From the IMG/VR virus record IMGVR_UViG_3300008448_011290: a stretch of DNA of 64,000 bases; one strand, written 5' to 3'. The stretch is from a virus. Made by a program: the position numbers and the translations under genes. The notes below the pieces were generated by a model. That model did not search any database. It had not been told where the DNA came from and saw only the letters and a list, made by a program, of their open reading frames with translations. This document shows, piece by piece, positions 10,394-19,855 of the stretch (position 1 is the first letter of the stretch; each line of letters starts with the position of its first letter).

Positions 10394-11726
10394 ATATCGT
10401 AAACAAATATTAGATTCTCTATCTCCCAGTTTCTGTGGAGCCAAATGGTACAATGCTACCATATGGTTGGGATCTGGCATGACTACCAGTTGTCATCATC
10501 CACCTGCACATCGAGTGGATGTAGAAAAATTAAAAGATAATCCTCGATTATTGCACAACACTCCTCAAAAGAAACAGGATCGTGCTAAAATGATTGCTGG
10601 TGAAAGACCTGCAGGTTGTGAATATTGCTGGAAAATAGAAGACATGGGCAGAGATGCTGTGAGTGATAGAGTATATAAAAGTAAAATTTATCCAGATGCA
10701 GAATTAGAAAGAGCATTCAATACTCCTATCACAGAAGACATTAATCTCAAAACTCTAGAGATTGCTTTTGATAGAACATGTAATTTTGCTTGTTCTTATT
10801 GTAATCCTGCATTTAGTACCACATGGGTAAGAGATATAAAACAAAATGGTCCTTATAAAGATTTAATATCAGATGGTAGAAATCATTTTACTCATCCTCA
10901 TGATGGTGCACAATTGTACAAAGACACAGAAGAAAATCCCTATGTGGAAGCATTCTTTCGATGGTGGGAGACAGATTTACACAAAACTCTAGATGAATTA
11001 AGAATCACAGGCGGAGAGCCCATGATGAGTCCTTCTTTGTGGAGATTATTAGATTGGTTTGAAACACAGGGAGAACGAATTAATCCCAATATGAGATTGG
11101 CCATTAACTCTAACTTAGTACCCAAGGCAGAATTATTTGAAAAATTTGTAGATAAATGTAAAAAAATAAAAAATTTACATATCTATACTTCCAATGAATC
11201 AACGTATGCTCATTCAGATTATATTAGAGATGGAATGAATTATACTAATTGGTATGTAAATTTTGTTAATGTAATTAATCAAATAAGACCTGCAGGACTG
11301 CACAACATGTGTACAGTAAATGCTCTGTGTCTAGAATCATTACCTCAGTTTTTAGATGTTATTATAAGAAATAAATTAGATGCTAAAAGAGTTTATGGAG
11401 TAGATGTAAACTTTACTTTAAACATACTGAGATTTCCTAGTTTTCAATCGCCTTTAGTATTGCCAGATTATCTAAGAACAGAATTCAAAGACAATTTATC
11501 ACAATGGCTAGACACAAATATAGCTCATTGCGAGTTTATGGAAGTATCTCATGTGCAAAGATTAATAGATTATCTAGATGTGGTTAAAACACCTCATTCT
11601 GAAGCATTTGATTTACCAAGACTAAGGTCTGATTTCAAAAATTTCTATAAACAATACGATGTAAGAAGAGGCAAAGATTTTGCAAAAACATTCACAAGAA
11701 TAGGAGAGTGGTACCGTGGCTTATGA
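10377..11726 (+). CDS. Radical SAM protein with N-terminal SPASM/twitch-type domain (copy 2)
   Basis: Start refined to ATG 10377. CGAKW...SCHH...CEYC, CNFACSYC and GGEP. Confidence 0.85.
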   Translation: MNPDLEYRKQILDSLSPSFCGAKWYNATIWLGSGMTTSCHHPPAHRVDVEKLKDNPRLLHNTPQKKQDRAKMIAGERPAGCEYCWKIEDMGRDAVSDRVYKSKIYPDAELERAFNTPITEDINLKTLEIAFDRTCNFACSYCNPAFSTTWVRDIKQNGPYKDLISDGRNHFTHPHDGAQLYKDTEENPYVEAFFRWWETDLHKTLDELRITGGEPMMSPSLWRLLDWFETQGERINPNMRLAINSNLVPKAELFEKFVDKCKKIKNLHIYTSNESTYAHSDYIRDGMNYTNWYVNFVNVINQIRPAGLHNMCTVNALCLESLPQFLDVIIRNKLDAKRVYGVDVNFTLNILRFPSFQSPLVLPDYLRTEFKDNLSQWLDTNIAHCEFMEVSHVQRLIDYLDVVKTPHSEAFDLPRLRSDFKNFYKQYDVRRGKDFAKTFTRIGEWYRGL

Positions 11727-13008
11727 GTATGGGGCTAAAGAGCCTGAAAAATTAAAAATTAAGGACATGACTGAACGTCAGAAAGAGTTATTGTTAGATA
11801 GTAAAACTTTCTGTATGCTGCCTTGGATGCATATACATTCGTATCCGGATGGTCGAGCCTATCCTTGTTGTTTTGCATTAGATTCTTATCCTATTGGTGA
11901 TTTGAATAAGAGTTCTATGGAAGAAGTATTCAACGGAGAAGCAATGAAAGAGATGAGAACGAACATGTTAGAGAATAAAACTTCTAAGCAATGTGCAAAA
12001 TGTTATGATCAAGAAAAAGCCGGTTTCTTCAGTATGAGATTGAGTTCAAATAAACATTTTGGACACAATATAGGATTAACAGATGCTACACAGCCAGACG
12101 GTACTGCTGATTTTATAATCAAATATTGGGATATAAGATTTAGTAATCTTTGTAATTTTGCTTGTAGAAGTTGTGGCACGTGGTTTAGTTCTAATTGGTA
12201 CGAGGATCATAAAAAACTCACAGGAGCTCCTCCCCCACATGCAAAAATTATGCGAGTAGGCAGATCAGAGAATGATATATGGGAACAGTTATTGCCACAA
12301 ATAGATCATATGGAACAGATTTATTTTGCTGGAGGAGAACCCCTGATCATGGAAGAACATTATAGAATTTTAAAAGAATTAGATCGTAGAAAGTTATATC
12401 ACGTGAGATTAACTTACAATACAAATTTTAGTAAATTAACTTTTAAAGATATGGATGTCTTAGAATTATGGAACAAATTTCACACAGTATCAATAGGTGC
12501 TAGTTTAGATGCTGAAGGGGAAAGAGCCGAAGTTATAAGAAAAGGCACAGTATGGAAGGATATTGTAGAAAATAGAAAAAGAATGATAGAAGTTTGTCCA
12601 AAGGTAGATTTCTATATCAGTGCTACAGTTAGCATGATCAATGCATTACATATTCCAGACTTTCATAGAAGTTGGGTTGAACAAGGTCTTATTAAACCTC
12701 AAGATTTTAATTTTAATCTATTACAAATGCCAAAATGGCAAAGAATGGATAATTTACCCAAGGAATATAAAGAACGTATTGAAAAGAAATATCTTGCACA
12801 TATAGAATGGTTAAAAGACAAAGATCATTTAACTAGAGCAACCAAAGGTTTTGAGAGTGCATTAAAATGGATGAACATGACCGACAATACAAAAAATTTA
12901 CCTATGTTTTTTGAATTATCAAAAAAATATGATAATATCAGAGGAGAAAGTTTAGTAAAAACATTTCCAGAGCTGACAGAATTATTCGAAAAATATGAAA
13001 AAAATTAA
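11716..13008 (+). CDS. Radical SAM protein with N-terminal SPASM/twitch-type domain (copy 3)
   Basis: CMLPW...PCC...CAKC, CNFACRSC and GGEP. Confidence 0.85.
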   Translation: MAYEYGAKEPEKLKIKDMTERQKELLLDSKTFCMLPWMHIHSYPDGRAYPCCFALDSYPIGDLNKSSMEEVFNGEAMKEMRTNMLENKTSKQCAKCYDQEKAGFFSMRLSSNKHFGHNIGLTDATQPDGTADFIIKYWDIRFSNLCNFACRSCGTWFSSNWYEDHKKLTGAPPPHAKIMRVGRSENDIWEQLLPQIDHMEQIYFAGGEPLIMEEHYRILKELDRRKLYHVRLTYNTNFSKLTFKDMDVLELWNKFHTVSIGASLDAEGERAEVIRKGTVWKDIVENRKRMIEVCPKVDFYISATVSMINALHIPDFHRSWVEQGLIKPQDFNFNLLQMPKWQRMDNLPKEYKERIEKKYLAHIEWLKDKDHLTRATKGFESALKWMNMTDNTKNLPMFFELSKKYDNIRGESLVKTFPELTELFEKYEKN

Positions 13009-14299
13009 ACCTACAGAAGGTAACCGAACGTTTTGTATGGCGCCTTGGACACATACCTATCTCTCTCCGCAAACAGAGAGAAGAATGTGTTGTGCTTCTA
13101 GAGAACCAGCTCAAAGTTTTCGTCAATACATCGACAGAGAAGGTGATTTAAAAGAATATAATCCTGAAACACTGGAACAGCATTGGAACAACGAGCATAT
13201 GCGTAGTGTGCGAAAAAGAATGATGGCAGGAGAAACTCTGCCAGAATGTCAGGTATGCAATGATAAACTACTCAATACTGATGTTTATAGAGATTACTTT
13301 AATAATCTTTTCCGTCACAAGATAGATGATGCTTTTGAAAAGACCGATAATACAGGTTATACAGAGATGAAGACTGTGAGTTTTGATTATCGTTTCAATA
13401 ATCTTTGTAATTTTAAATGCCGTCAATGCGGAGATATGCTAAGTTCTAGTTGGGAATCAGAACAAAGAAACTATGATATGTGGTCACCAGAACGTCAACC
13501 TTGGATGGCATCTCCACTAAGACAACAAATTTCTTTCTTTCAAGACAGCACAGTAGTCATGGAATTTATGAATGCCATAGAAGAAAAACGTATGGAAGAG
13601 ATTTATTGGGTAGGCGGAGAACCTTTAATGTGGGATATACACTGGAACGCTATGGCTAGAATCATTGATTTAAAATTCAGCGATAAAGTTTATGTAAGAT
13701 ACAATACCAATTTAAGTCGTACAGAATTTAAAGGTAAAAAACTCTTTGAATTATTAAGACAATTCCGCGATTGGCAAGTGTGTGCTTCTATTGATGGTAC
13801 AGGAGAGATTGGAGAGTACATTAGAACAGGATTAAACTACAAAAAATTTATAGAAAATTTTAAAGAAGGATTAGCTGTAGCTCGTAACAAAAGACAGATG
13901 CAATTAGACTTTACAATTACAATGCCTGGCCTACAAGAAATTCCTAATATGTTTGATCTATCTCAACAATTAAATGCTAAACTTTTAACCAAAGTTACAT
14001 TTGCATTTGATTCTCAGCAGATAATGAGTCCAATGTGTCTGCCAAAAACTTTATTAAATGAAATTATAGATGAAAATCTAGCTTATATTCGACCTAGAGC
14101 AACTCCTCTACAACAAAGTTTAATAGATGTATTGGAGAATATGAAAACTCGTCCTACATTTTGGGAAGAATACCCCAAAGCAGAAATAGGTATTCGCAGC
14201 GGCAAAACAAGATGTGAACGAATTGATGCTATTCGAAGCACAGATATTAAAAAAATATTAACGGATAAAAGATTATTAGAATGGTGGAAAAATATATAA
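12995..14299 (+). CDS. Radical SAM protein with N-terminal SPASM/twitch-type domain (copy 4)
   Basis: CMAPW...MCC...CQVC, CNFKCRQC and GGEP. Confidence 0.85.
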   Translation: MKKIKPTEGNRTFCMAPWTHTYLSPQTERRMCCASREPAQSFRQYIDREGDLKEYNPETLEQHWNNEHMRSVRKRMMAGETLPECQVCNDKLLNTDVYRDYFNNLFRHKIDDAFEKTDNTGYTEMKTVSFDYRFNNLCNFKCRQCGDMLSSSWESEQRNYDMWSPERQPWMASPLRQQISFFQDSTVVMEFMNAIEEKRMEEIYWVGGEPLMWDIHWNAMARIIDLKFSDKVYVRYNTNLSRTEFKGKKLFELLRQFRDWQVCASIDGTGEIGEYIRTGLNYKKFIENFKEGLAVARNKRQMQLDFTITMPGLQEIPNMFDLSQQLNAKLLTKVTFAFDSQQIMSPMCLPKTLLNEIIDENLAYIRPRATPLQQSLIDVLENMKTRPTFWEEYPKAEIGIRSGKTRCERIDAIRSTDIKKILTDKRLLEWWKNI

Positions 14300-15453
14300 A
14301 ATCTAATATGTGTGTGCTGCCATGGACACATCTAGAAGTAGATGTTAATGGTTCCGCATCGCCTTGCTGTCTTTATAAAGGAGAAATAGGAGATTATAAA
14401 GTTTATCGAGATAATCTTGATACTATACAGAATTCAGAATATATGAATGATTTAAGAGCTCAATTCCGCCGAGGTGAACGTCCTGCAGGTTGCAGTAATT
14501 GTTGGCAGGAGGAAGACGCTGGCAAAATCAGTAAAAGAATGAATTCTATCTATAAAATGAAAAATAGTTTACAAAATTGGACACCAGAAACAACGCCCAC
14601 TTTAAAATTTATTGATTTTAAACTAGGCAATGTGTGTAATTTAAAATGTCGTATATGCGGCAGTTGGAGCAGTTCAAAATGGGCTCAGGAAGAGATTGCC
14701 TATGGTCCAAATCCTCTAGCAAAGAAACAATTAGATGAAGGACAATGGCCCAAACGAAATCCTGCTTTCTTTGAAGATATTAAACCTGTATTAAAAGATG
14801 TAGAATATTTTGAGTTTACAGGTGGTGAGCCTTTTATGATAGAAAATCATTTTAAAATATTAGAACACTGTGTGGAACAAGGTTATGCTCGCAATCAAGA
14901 TATACATTATAATACCAATGGCACACAATTGCCTGATCGAAGAGTGTTTTGGTTATGGAGCCAATTTAAACATGTAGAAATTGCATTCAGTATTGACGAC
15001 ACAGGAGCAGCGTTTGAATATCAACGTCATCCTGCTAAGTGGGAACAAGTCAAAGAGAATTTAAAAGAATTTAATATAAGATCCACACTTACAGGCAATA
15101 CTGATTTTCAAATCTGTTCCACAATTAATATCTTTAATATATTAAATTTAGACACTTTAGTCGAATGGGTTAAAGAATTTAATCCTAAATTCCTATATAT
15201 TAATACTCTATTTGATCCTGAATATTTTAATGTACAAACACTACCTATAGAACTAAAAAAGATAGTAACAGAAAAATATAAAAATATAAAAGAATTAGAT
15301 ACTATAATCGGTTATATGAATAGTGCAGATCGATATTCTGATACTATACACGAACAAAGAAAGAAAAGAATACTGCAAGCAGATCGATACAGAGAAGAAA
15401 ATTTTGCTGAGGTTTTTCCAGAGTTAAATAATTTTTTAAAGATATATGAGTAA
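14281..15453 (+). CDS. Radical SAM protein with N-terminal SPASM/twitch-type domain (copy 5)
   Basis: CVLPW...PCC...CSNC, CNLKCRIC and GGEP. Confidence 0.85.
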   Translation: MVEKYIKSNMCVLPWTHLEVDVNGSASPCCLYKGEIGDYKVYRDNLDTIQNSEYMNDLRAQFRRGERPAGCSNCWQEEDAGKISKRMNSIYKMKNSLQNWTPETTPTLKFIDFKLGNVCNLKCRICGSWSSSKWAQEEIAYGPNPLAKKQLDEGQWPKRNPAFFEDIKPVLKDVEYFEFTGGEPFMIENHFKILEHCVEQGYARNQDIHYNTNGTQLPDRRVFWLWSQFKHVEIAFSIDDTGAAFEYQRHPAKWEQVKENLKEFNIRSTLTGNTDFQICSTINIFNILNLDTLVEWVKEFNPKFLYINTLFDPEYFNVQTLPIELKKIVTEKYKNIKELDTIIGYMNSADRYSDTIHEQRKKRILQADRYREENFAEVFPELNNFLKIYE

Positions 15454-16255
15454 AATTTTCTTATCAGGTGGTTGCAGTTTTACATATGGACACGAGTTGT
15501 CTGATGATAAAAACGGAAAAATACCTTCTCAAAAGACTTGGGCAGCACTATTGGCTAAAAATATTCCAGCAGATTATAAAACAGTAGCATGGGCAGGATC
15601 AGGTAATGCAGGCATAGCAAGACGAGTATTTGAATATATTTCACAAAACAAAGAACAAGATATATTTGTTTCTATTATGTGGACTTTTGTTTCACGCTAT
15701 GATTGGGCAATGCCTAGGAATGCAGTATTAGAAAAAACAAGATGGGCTACAATTACTCCCTGGGACACATCAGATAATCAAGCAGAAGTACAAAAAACAT
15801 TGGCTGCTAGTGAACCACAATTGGAAATATGGAAAACAAGAAGAGAAACTTTAAGAAATACAGGAGTAGGACCATTTGCTGATGCTCTTTATAAACATGC
15901 AGCTAATCAATATCATGAAGCTTATCTCAGTTGGAAGAGTATCGTTTGGTTACAAAATATACTGGAAAAAAAGAAAATAAAATATATGTTTACTCTAGCT
16001 GATAATACTCTATTTTACAATGAGCTGGAACCATTGAATAGAGTTGATCCTTTATTAAATGCGTTGTATAATGAAATAGACTTCAGTCGATGGTTTGTAT
16101 TTGGAGAAAGACATATGGGATTCAATCAATGGGCAGTATTGAATGATTATCCACGTGGTACCACACATCCTTTGGATGAAGCACATAGAGATTCAGCAAA
16201 ATTAATGAAAGATAAATTTTTTGAAATTTATACTAAAAAACAGGAGGCACTATGA
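15446..16255 (+). CDS. SGNH-like protein
   Basis: GGCSFTYG, GSGN and C-terminal THP...H. Confidence 0.55.
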   Translation: MSKIFLSGGCSFTYGHELSDDKNGKIPSQKTWAALLAKNIPADYKTVAWAGSGNAGIARRVFEYISQNKEQDIFVSIMWTFVSRYDWAMPRNAVLEKTRWATITPWDTSDNQAEVQKTLAASEPQLEIWKTRRETLRNTGVGPFADALYKHAANQYHEAYLSWKSIVWLQNILEKKKIKYMFTLADNTLFYNELEPLNRVDPLLNALYNEIDFSRWFVFGERHMGFNQWAVLNDYPRGTTHPLDEAHRDSAKLMKDKFFEIYTKKQEAL

Positions 16256-16356
16256 TACAATGGATAAAAAATTTAATAAACAAAATTCGATTAGAGCGAC
16301 AATATCGTAAGAGATTGAAAGAGTTAAAAAAGAAAGATCCTTTCATCTACAAATAA
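16252..16356 (+). CDS. Small basic protein (34 aa, absent from ORF track)
   Basis: MIQWIKNLINKIRLERQYRKRLKELKKKDPFIYK*. ATGA overlap with the upstream gene, SD AGGAGG, and it ends 1 nt before the next ATG. Confidence 0.65.
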   Translation: MIQWIKNLINKIRLERQYRKRLKELKKKDPFIYK

Positions 16357-16357
16357 A

Positions 16358-17848
16358 ATGAGAATATTAGGAATTAATTGTCTAAATCACGATGCTGCTA
16401 TGGCTGTGGTTGAAGATGGAGAAATCCTATGGGCGGCACATGCAGAAAGATACAGCAAAGATAAGAATGATCACTATCTCAATTGGCAAATAGTAAATGA
16501 AGCTCGCGAATACGGACCATGGGACAAAGTGGTTTATTATGAAAGACCTCTGTTAAAGAAAACTCGACAAGCCCGTGCTGGTCAATGGTCAGAAGTTTTT
16601 TCTCGAACAAATATACCACAAAATTATTTAGATGCGTTTGGAATACGAATAGATGAATATGTGAGTCATCACGAATCTCATGCTGCTGCAGGATTTTTTA
16701 CATCTCCGTTCTATGATGCAATGGTACTAACAGTGGATGCCATAGGAGAATGGGATACCACTTCGATATGGCAAGCTCAAGGCAAACGATTAGATCTATG
16801 CTACAAAATCAAATATCCTCATTCATTGGGTTTACTCTATTCAGCGTTTACACAGAGAGTAGGACTCAAACCTGCTGAAGAAGAATATATTCTAATGGGC
16901 ATGGCAGCATATGGAGAACCTAGATATGTGGCAGAAATCTATAGAGACCTTGTGGATAGAGATGGAGATTTTGCATTAAAGAAAAATTTACATAAAGGAT
17001 TGGGCAATTGGTTACCAGAAGCTGATCCTATGGACCTAGCAGCCAGTATACAAAAAGTTACGGAACGAGAATTAGAAAAATTATGGCGTAAGACTCGACA
17101 GTACATACCTGCAAGTCAAATAGCAGTTAGTCGATACGGCAACAAAAGAAATCTAGTGTATGGTGGTGGTGTGGCTCTTAATTGTGTGGCCAACAGTAAA
17201 TTGGCCAATCTAGGATTATTTGACAACATATGGATCATGCCTAACCCAGGTGATGCCGGCAGTTCCATTGGTTGTATTGCAGCCGCTGAACGAAAACATA
17301 TCCATTGGCGTCATCCTTTCCTAGGACACAACATAGAAGGGGAATATCCTGTGGATCACTTAATAAAAGAATTAGAAAAAAATCGTATGGTAGGAGTAGC
17401 GAATGGCAGAGCTGAATTTGGACCACGAGCACTTGGTAATAGATCATTGCTGGCAGATCCACGTGGCAATGATATCAAAGATTTGGTAAATCGTATCAAA
17501 CAAAGACAGGAATTTCGACCATTTGCACCCGCTATACTAGAGGAGGATTTACATGAATATTTTGAGGTGCCTAAGTGCGTTGTAAACACCCCTTATATGC
17601 AATTTATAGGCATTTGTAAGCATGGTAAAGACTTTCCTGCCATTGTGCATCATGACGGTACAAGTCGTGTGCAAACAGTGAATAAAACGCAGAATCCAGG
17701 CTTTTACCAACTGTTAAAAACATGGAAGGAAAAAACCGGATGTCCAATGCTGTTAAACACATCACTGAATATCAAAGGTGAACCCATAGTGAATGATATC
17801 AAGGATGCGGAACGCTTCGAAACCAAGTATAATGTAAGAGTATGTTAA
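16358..17848 (+). CDS. Carbamoyltransferase, NodU/CmcH/TobZ family
   Basis: HDAA, HHESHAA, DAIGE, GGVALNC, GDAG, EFGPRALGNRS, FRPFAP, DGTSRVQTV and LNTS. Confidence 0.92.
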   Translation: MRILGINCLNHDAAMAVVEDGEILWAAHAERYSKDKNDHYLNWQIVNEAREYGPWDKVVYYERPLLKKTRQARAGQWSEVFSRTNIPQNYLDAFGIRIDEYVSHHESHAAAGFFTSPFYDAMVLTVDAIGEWDTTSIWQAQGKRLDLCYKIKYPHSLGLLYSAFTQRVGLKPAEEEYILMGMAAYGEPRYVAEIYRDLVDRDGDFALKKNLHKGLGNWLPEADPMDLAASIQKVTERELEKLWRKTRQYIPASQIAVSRYGNKRNLVYGGGVALNCVANSKLANLGLFDNIWIMPNPGDAGSSIGCIAAAERKHIHWRHPFLGHNIEGEYPVDHLIKELEKNRMVGVANGRAEFGPRALGNRSLLADPRGNDIKDLVNRIKQRQEFRPFAPAILEEDLHEYFEVPKCVVNTPYMQFIGICKHGKDFPAIVHHDGTSRVQTVNKTQNPGFYQLLKTWKEKTGCPMLLNTSLNIKGEPIVNDIKDAERFETKYNVRVC

Positions 17849-18786
17849 AAATATTGGTAACAGGTGGTGAAGGTTTTATAGGCGGTTGGATTGTGGAAAA
17901 ATTGTCTCAGATGGGACATAGAGTTACTACTCTAGATTCTGGAGAAACCTATGATGTGATTGAAAGGCAAGATCTAGATAGATTATGCCGTTGGAGACAG
18001 AGGAATTGGAAACGAGTTACAAAAATATCAGGCAATGTGACCATGCCTTTGGATCGTGTGTGGTTGAAAAAACAAGATATTGTGATACATCTAGCATCTT
18101 ATCCCAGAGCTAGAATAGTGCATGATCATCCAGAAATGGGAGTAGAGAACATAGTGGTAGGTACCACAGGAATGTTACAAGATTGTGTGGAGTATGGTGT
18201 AAAAAGATTTGTTTATGTTTCTTCCAGTATGATATATGGAGATTTTGCAGATGGAGCAGATGAAAAAACTGCACCAAATCCTATCAATATCTACGGAGAA
18301 GCCAAGTTAACAGGAGAAAGATTAACGCAACAATTTAATAGATCATTTGGATTGGAATATGTGATAGCAAGGCCCAGCGGAGTATACGGAGCAGGTGATA
18401 TTCCAGATAGAGTATTAAGTAAATTTTTTGATGCTGCTATGAATAATCAAAATATTTCAGTGCATGGTGCTGATAATCGAGTGGACTTTACCTACGTAGA
18501 AGATGCAGCAGACGGTATTATTCGTTGTGCTCTAGAAAAACAAGCAGCCAATAAAATTTTTAATATTACAGCAGGCAGTGCAAACAGTTTAGGAGAAGCA
18601 GCCAAAAAAATTATTCAATTAACAGGTAGTAAGAGTCAGATTAAAGACACAGGAAAAAATAAATTATATCCCAATAGAGGCACGTTAGATGTATCTCAAG
18701 CACAACAATTATTAGGATATAGGCCTCAACACAGTTTTGATCAAGGTATTGCAAAGTATTATGAGTGGTTACAAAATAAAATTTAA
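17842..18786 (+). CDS. NAD-dependent nucleotide-sugar epimerase/dehydratase
   Basis: TGGEGFIG, SSSMIYG and YGEAK (YxxxK). Confidence 0.9.
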   Translation: MLKILVTGGEGFIGGWIVEKLSQMGHRVTTLDSGETYDVIERQDLDRLCRWRQRNWKRVTKISGNVTMPLDRVWLKKQDIVIHLASYPRARIVHDHPEMGVENIVVGTTGMLQDCVEYGVKRFVYVSSSMIYGDFADGADEKTAPNPINIYGEAKLTGERLTQQFNRSFGLEYVIARPSGVYGAGDIPDRVLSKFFDAAMNNQNISVHGADNRVDFTYVEDAADGIIRCALEKQAANKIFNITAGSANSLGEAAKKIIQLTGSKSQIKDTGKNKLYPNRGTLDVSQAQQLLGYRPQHSFDQGIAKYYEWLQNKI

Positions 18787-19855
18787 CGGATTAGATAGAA
18801 TCTATTCTCACTATAAAACAGAGCTGGATGCAGCAGCCAAAGAAGTGTGGCGCACAGGCAATGTATTAATAGGTAGAAAAAAAGAAGATTCAGAATTGGG
18901 TATATTTGAAGATTTAATAGCCAACTATGTGGGCAGAGAATATGCTGTGGGAGTACAGAGCTGTACAGATGCTCTTTATTTTGCTCTAAGAGCTCATGAC
19001 ATAGGATCAGGTAAAACAGTAATATGTCCAGCATTATCTTTCCTGAGCACAGCAACAGCTATTAAACGTACAGGTGCTGCAGTTGAGTTTGTTGATGTTG
19101 GAGAAGATGGTCAGATTGGTGAGCTTGGAGATATCAAAGCCGATGCTCTAGTGTATGTAAATCTATATGGTAATCTAGCCGACTATGATAGATTGAAACA
19201 GCATTGTCGTAAAAATAAAATATTATTGATAGAAGATGCTGCTCAGTCTTTAGGAGCATATTATAAAAAATCACAATCTGGCAATCTAGGAGATATCAGT
19301 GTGCTAAGTTTCTCTCCTGTAAAAAATCTTCCAGCATTCGGCAACGGTGGCATGATATTAACAGATGATAAAAAAATAGCAGAAAAATGTCTAGCTCTGA
19401 GATATCATGGAGTAAATGGAGAAGATGTAGAGCATGGGTATAATTCTGTAATGTCAGAAAGCCAAGCTGCACAATTGAATGTATTAATGATGGATTTTAA
19501 TACTTTGCAAGACAGAAGACAGCAAGTTAGAGATCAATATAATCAGCATTTAAAAAAATTATTAAATGTTAAAACTATCGATACACAAACAAACACAATA
19601 GGTTCTAATCACAAATTAGTAATATTATGCAAAGATAGAGATAGTTTAAAAGAATTTCTCTCTAACAAAGGCATAGAAACACAAATACACTATAATGAAA
19701 TATTGCCTCACACAAAATACTTCAATAATAAAAATTCTTTCCCTAATGCTGAAAGAATTTCAAAAGAATGTTTGAGTCTTCCAATCTATCCACATTTAAA
19801 AAAGAATGAGATCAAATATATTTGTGATATGATAGGAGAATTTTATGGCTTTTGA
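18761..19855 (+). CDS. DegT/DnrJ/EryC1/StrS PLP-dependent sugar aminotransferase
   Basis: Start refined to ATG 18761. SCTDAL, EDAAQSLG, SFSPVKNL (PLP Lys) and LSLPIYP. Confidence 0.9.
   Translation: MSGYKIKFNGLDRIYSHYKTELDAAAKEVWRTGNVLIGRKKEDSELGIFEDLIANYVGREYAVGVQSCTDALYFALRAHDIGSGKTVICPALSFLSTATAIKRTGAAVEFVDVGEDGQIGELGDIKADALVYVNLYGNLADYDRLKQHCRKNKILLIEDAAQSLGAYYKKSQSGNLGDISVLSFSPVKNLPAFGNGGMILTDDKKIAEKCLALRYHGVNGEDVEHGYNSVMSESQAAQLNVLMMDFNTLQDRRQQVRDQYNQHLKKLLNVKTIDTQTNTIGSNHKLVILCKDRDSLKEFLSNKGIETQIHYNEILPHTKYFNNKNSFPNAERISKECLSLPIYPHLKKNEIKYICDMIGEFYGF

Noticed and set aside
8364-15453. RiPP maturase array acting on a precursor peptide
   Set aside because: No RRE domain, no convincing precursor and no peptidase or transporter are adjacent, and the context is sugar enzymes. 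Not fully excluded.
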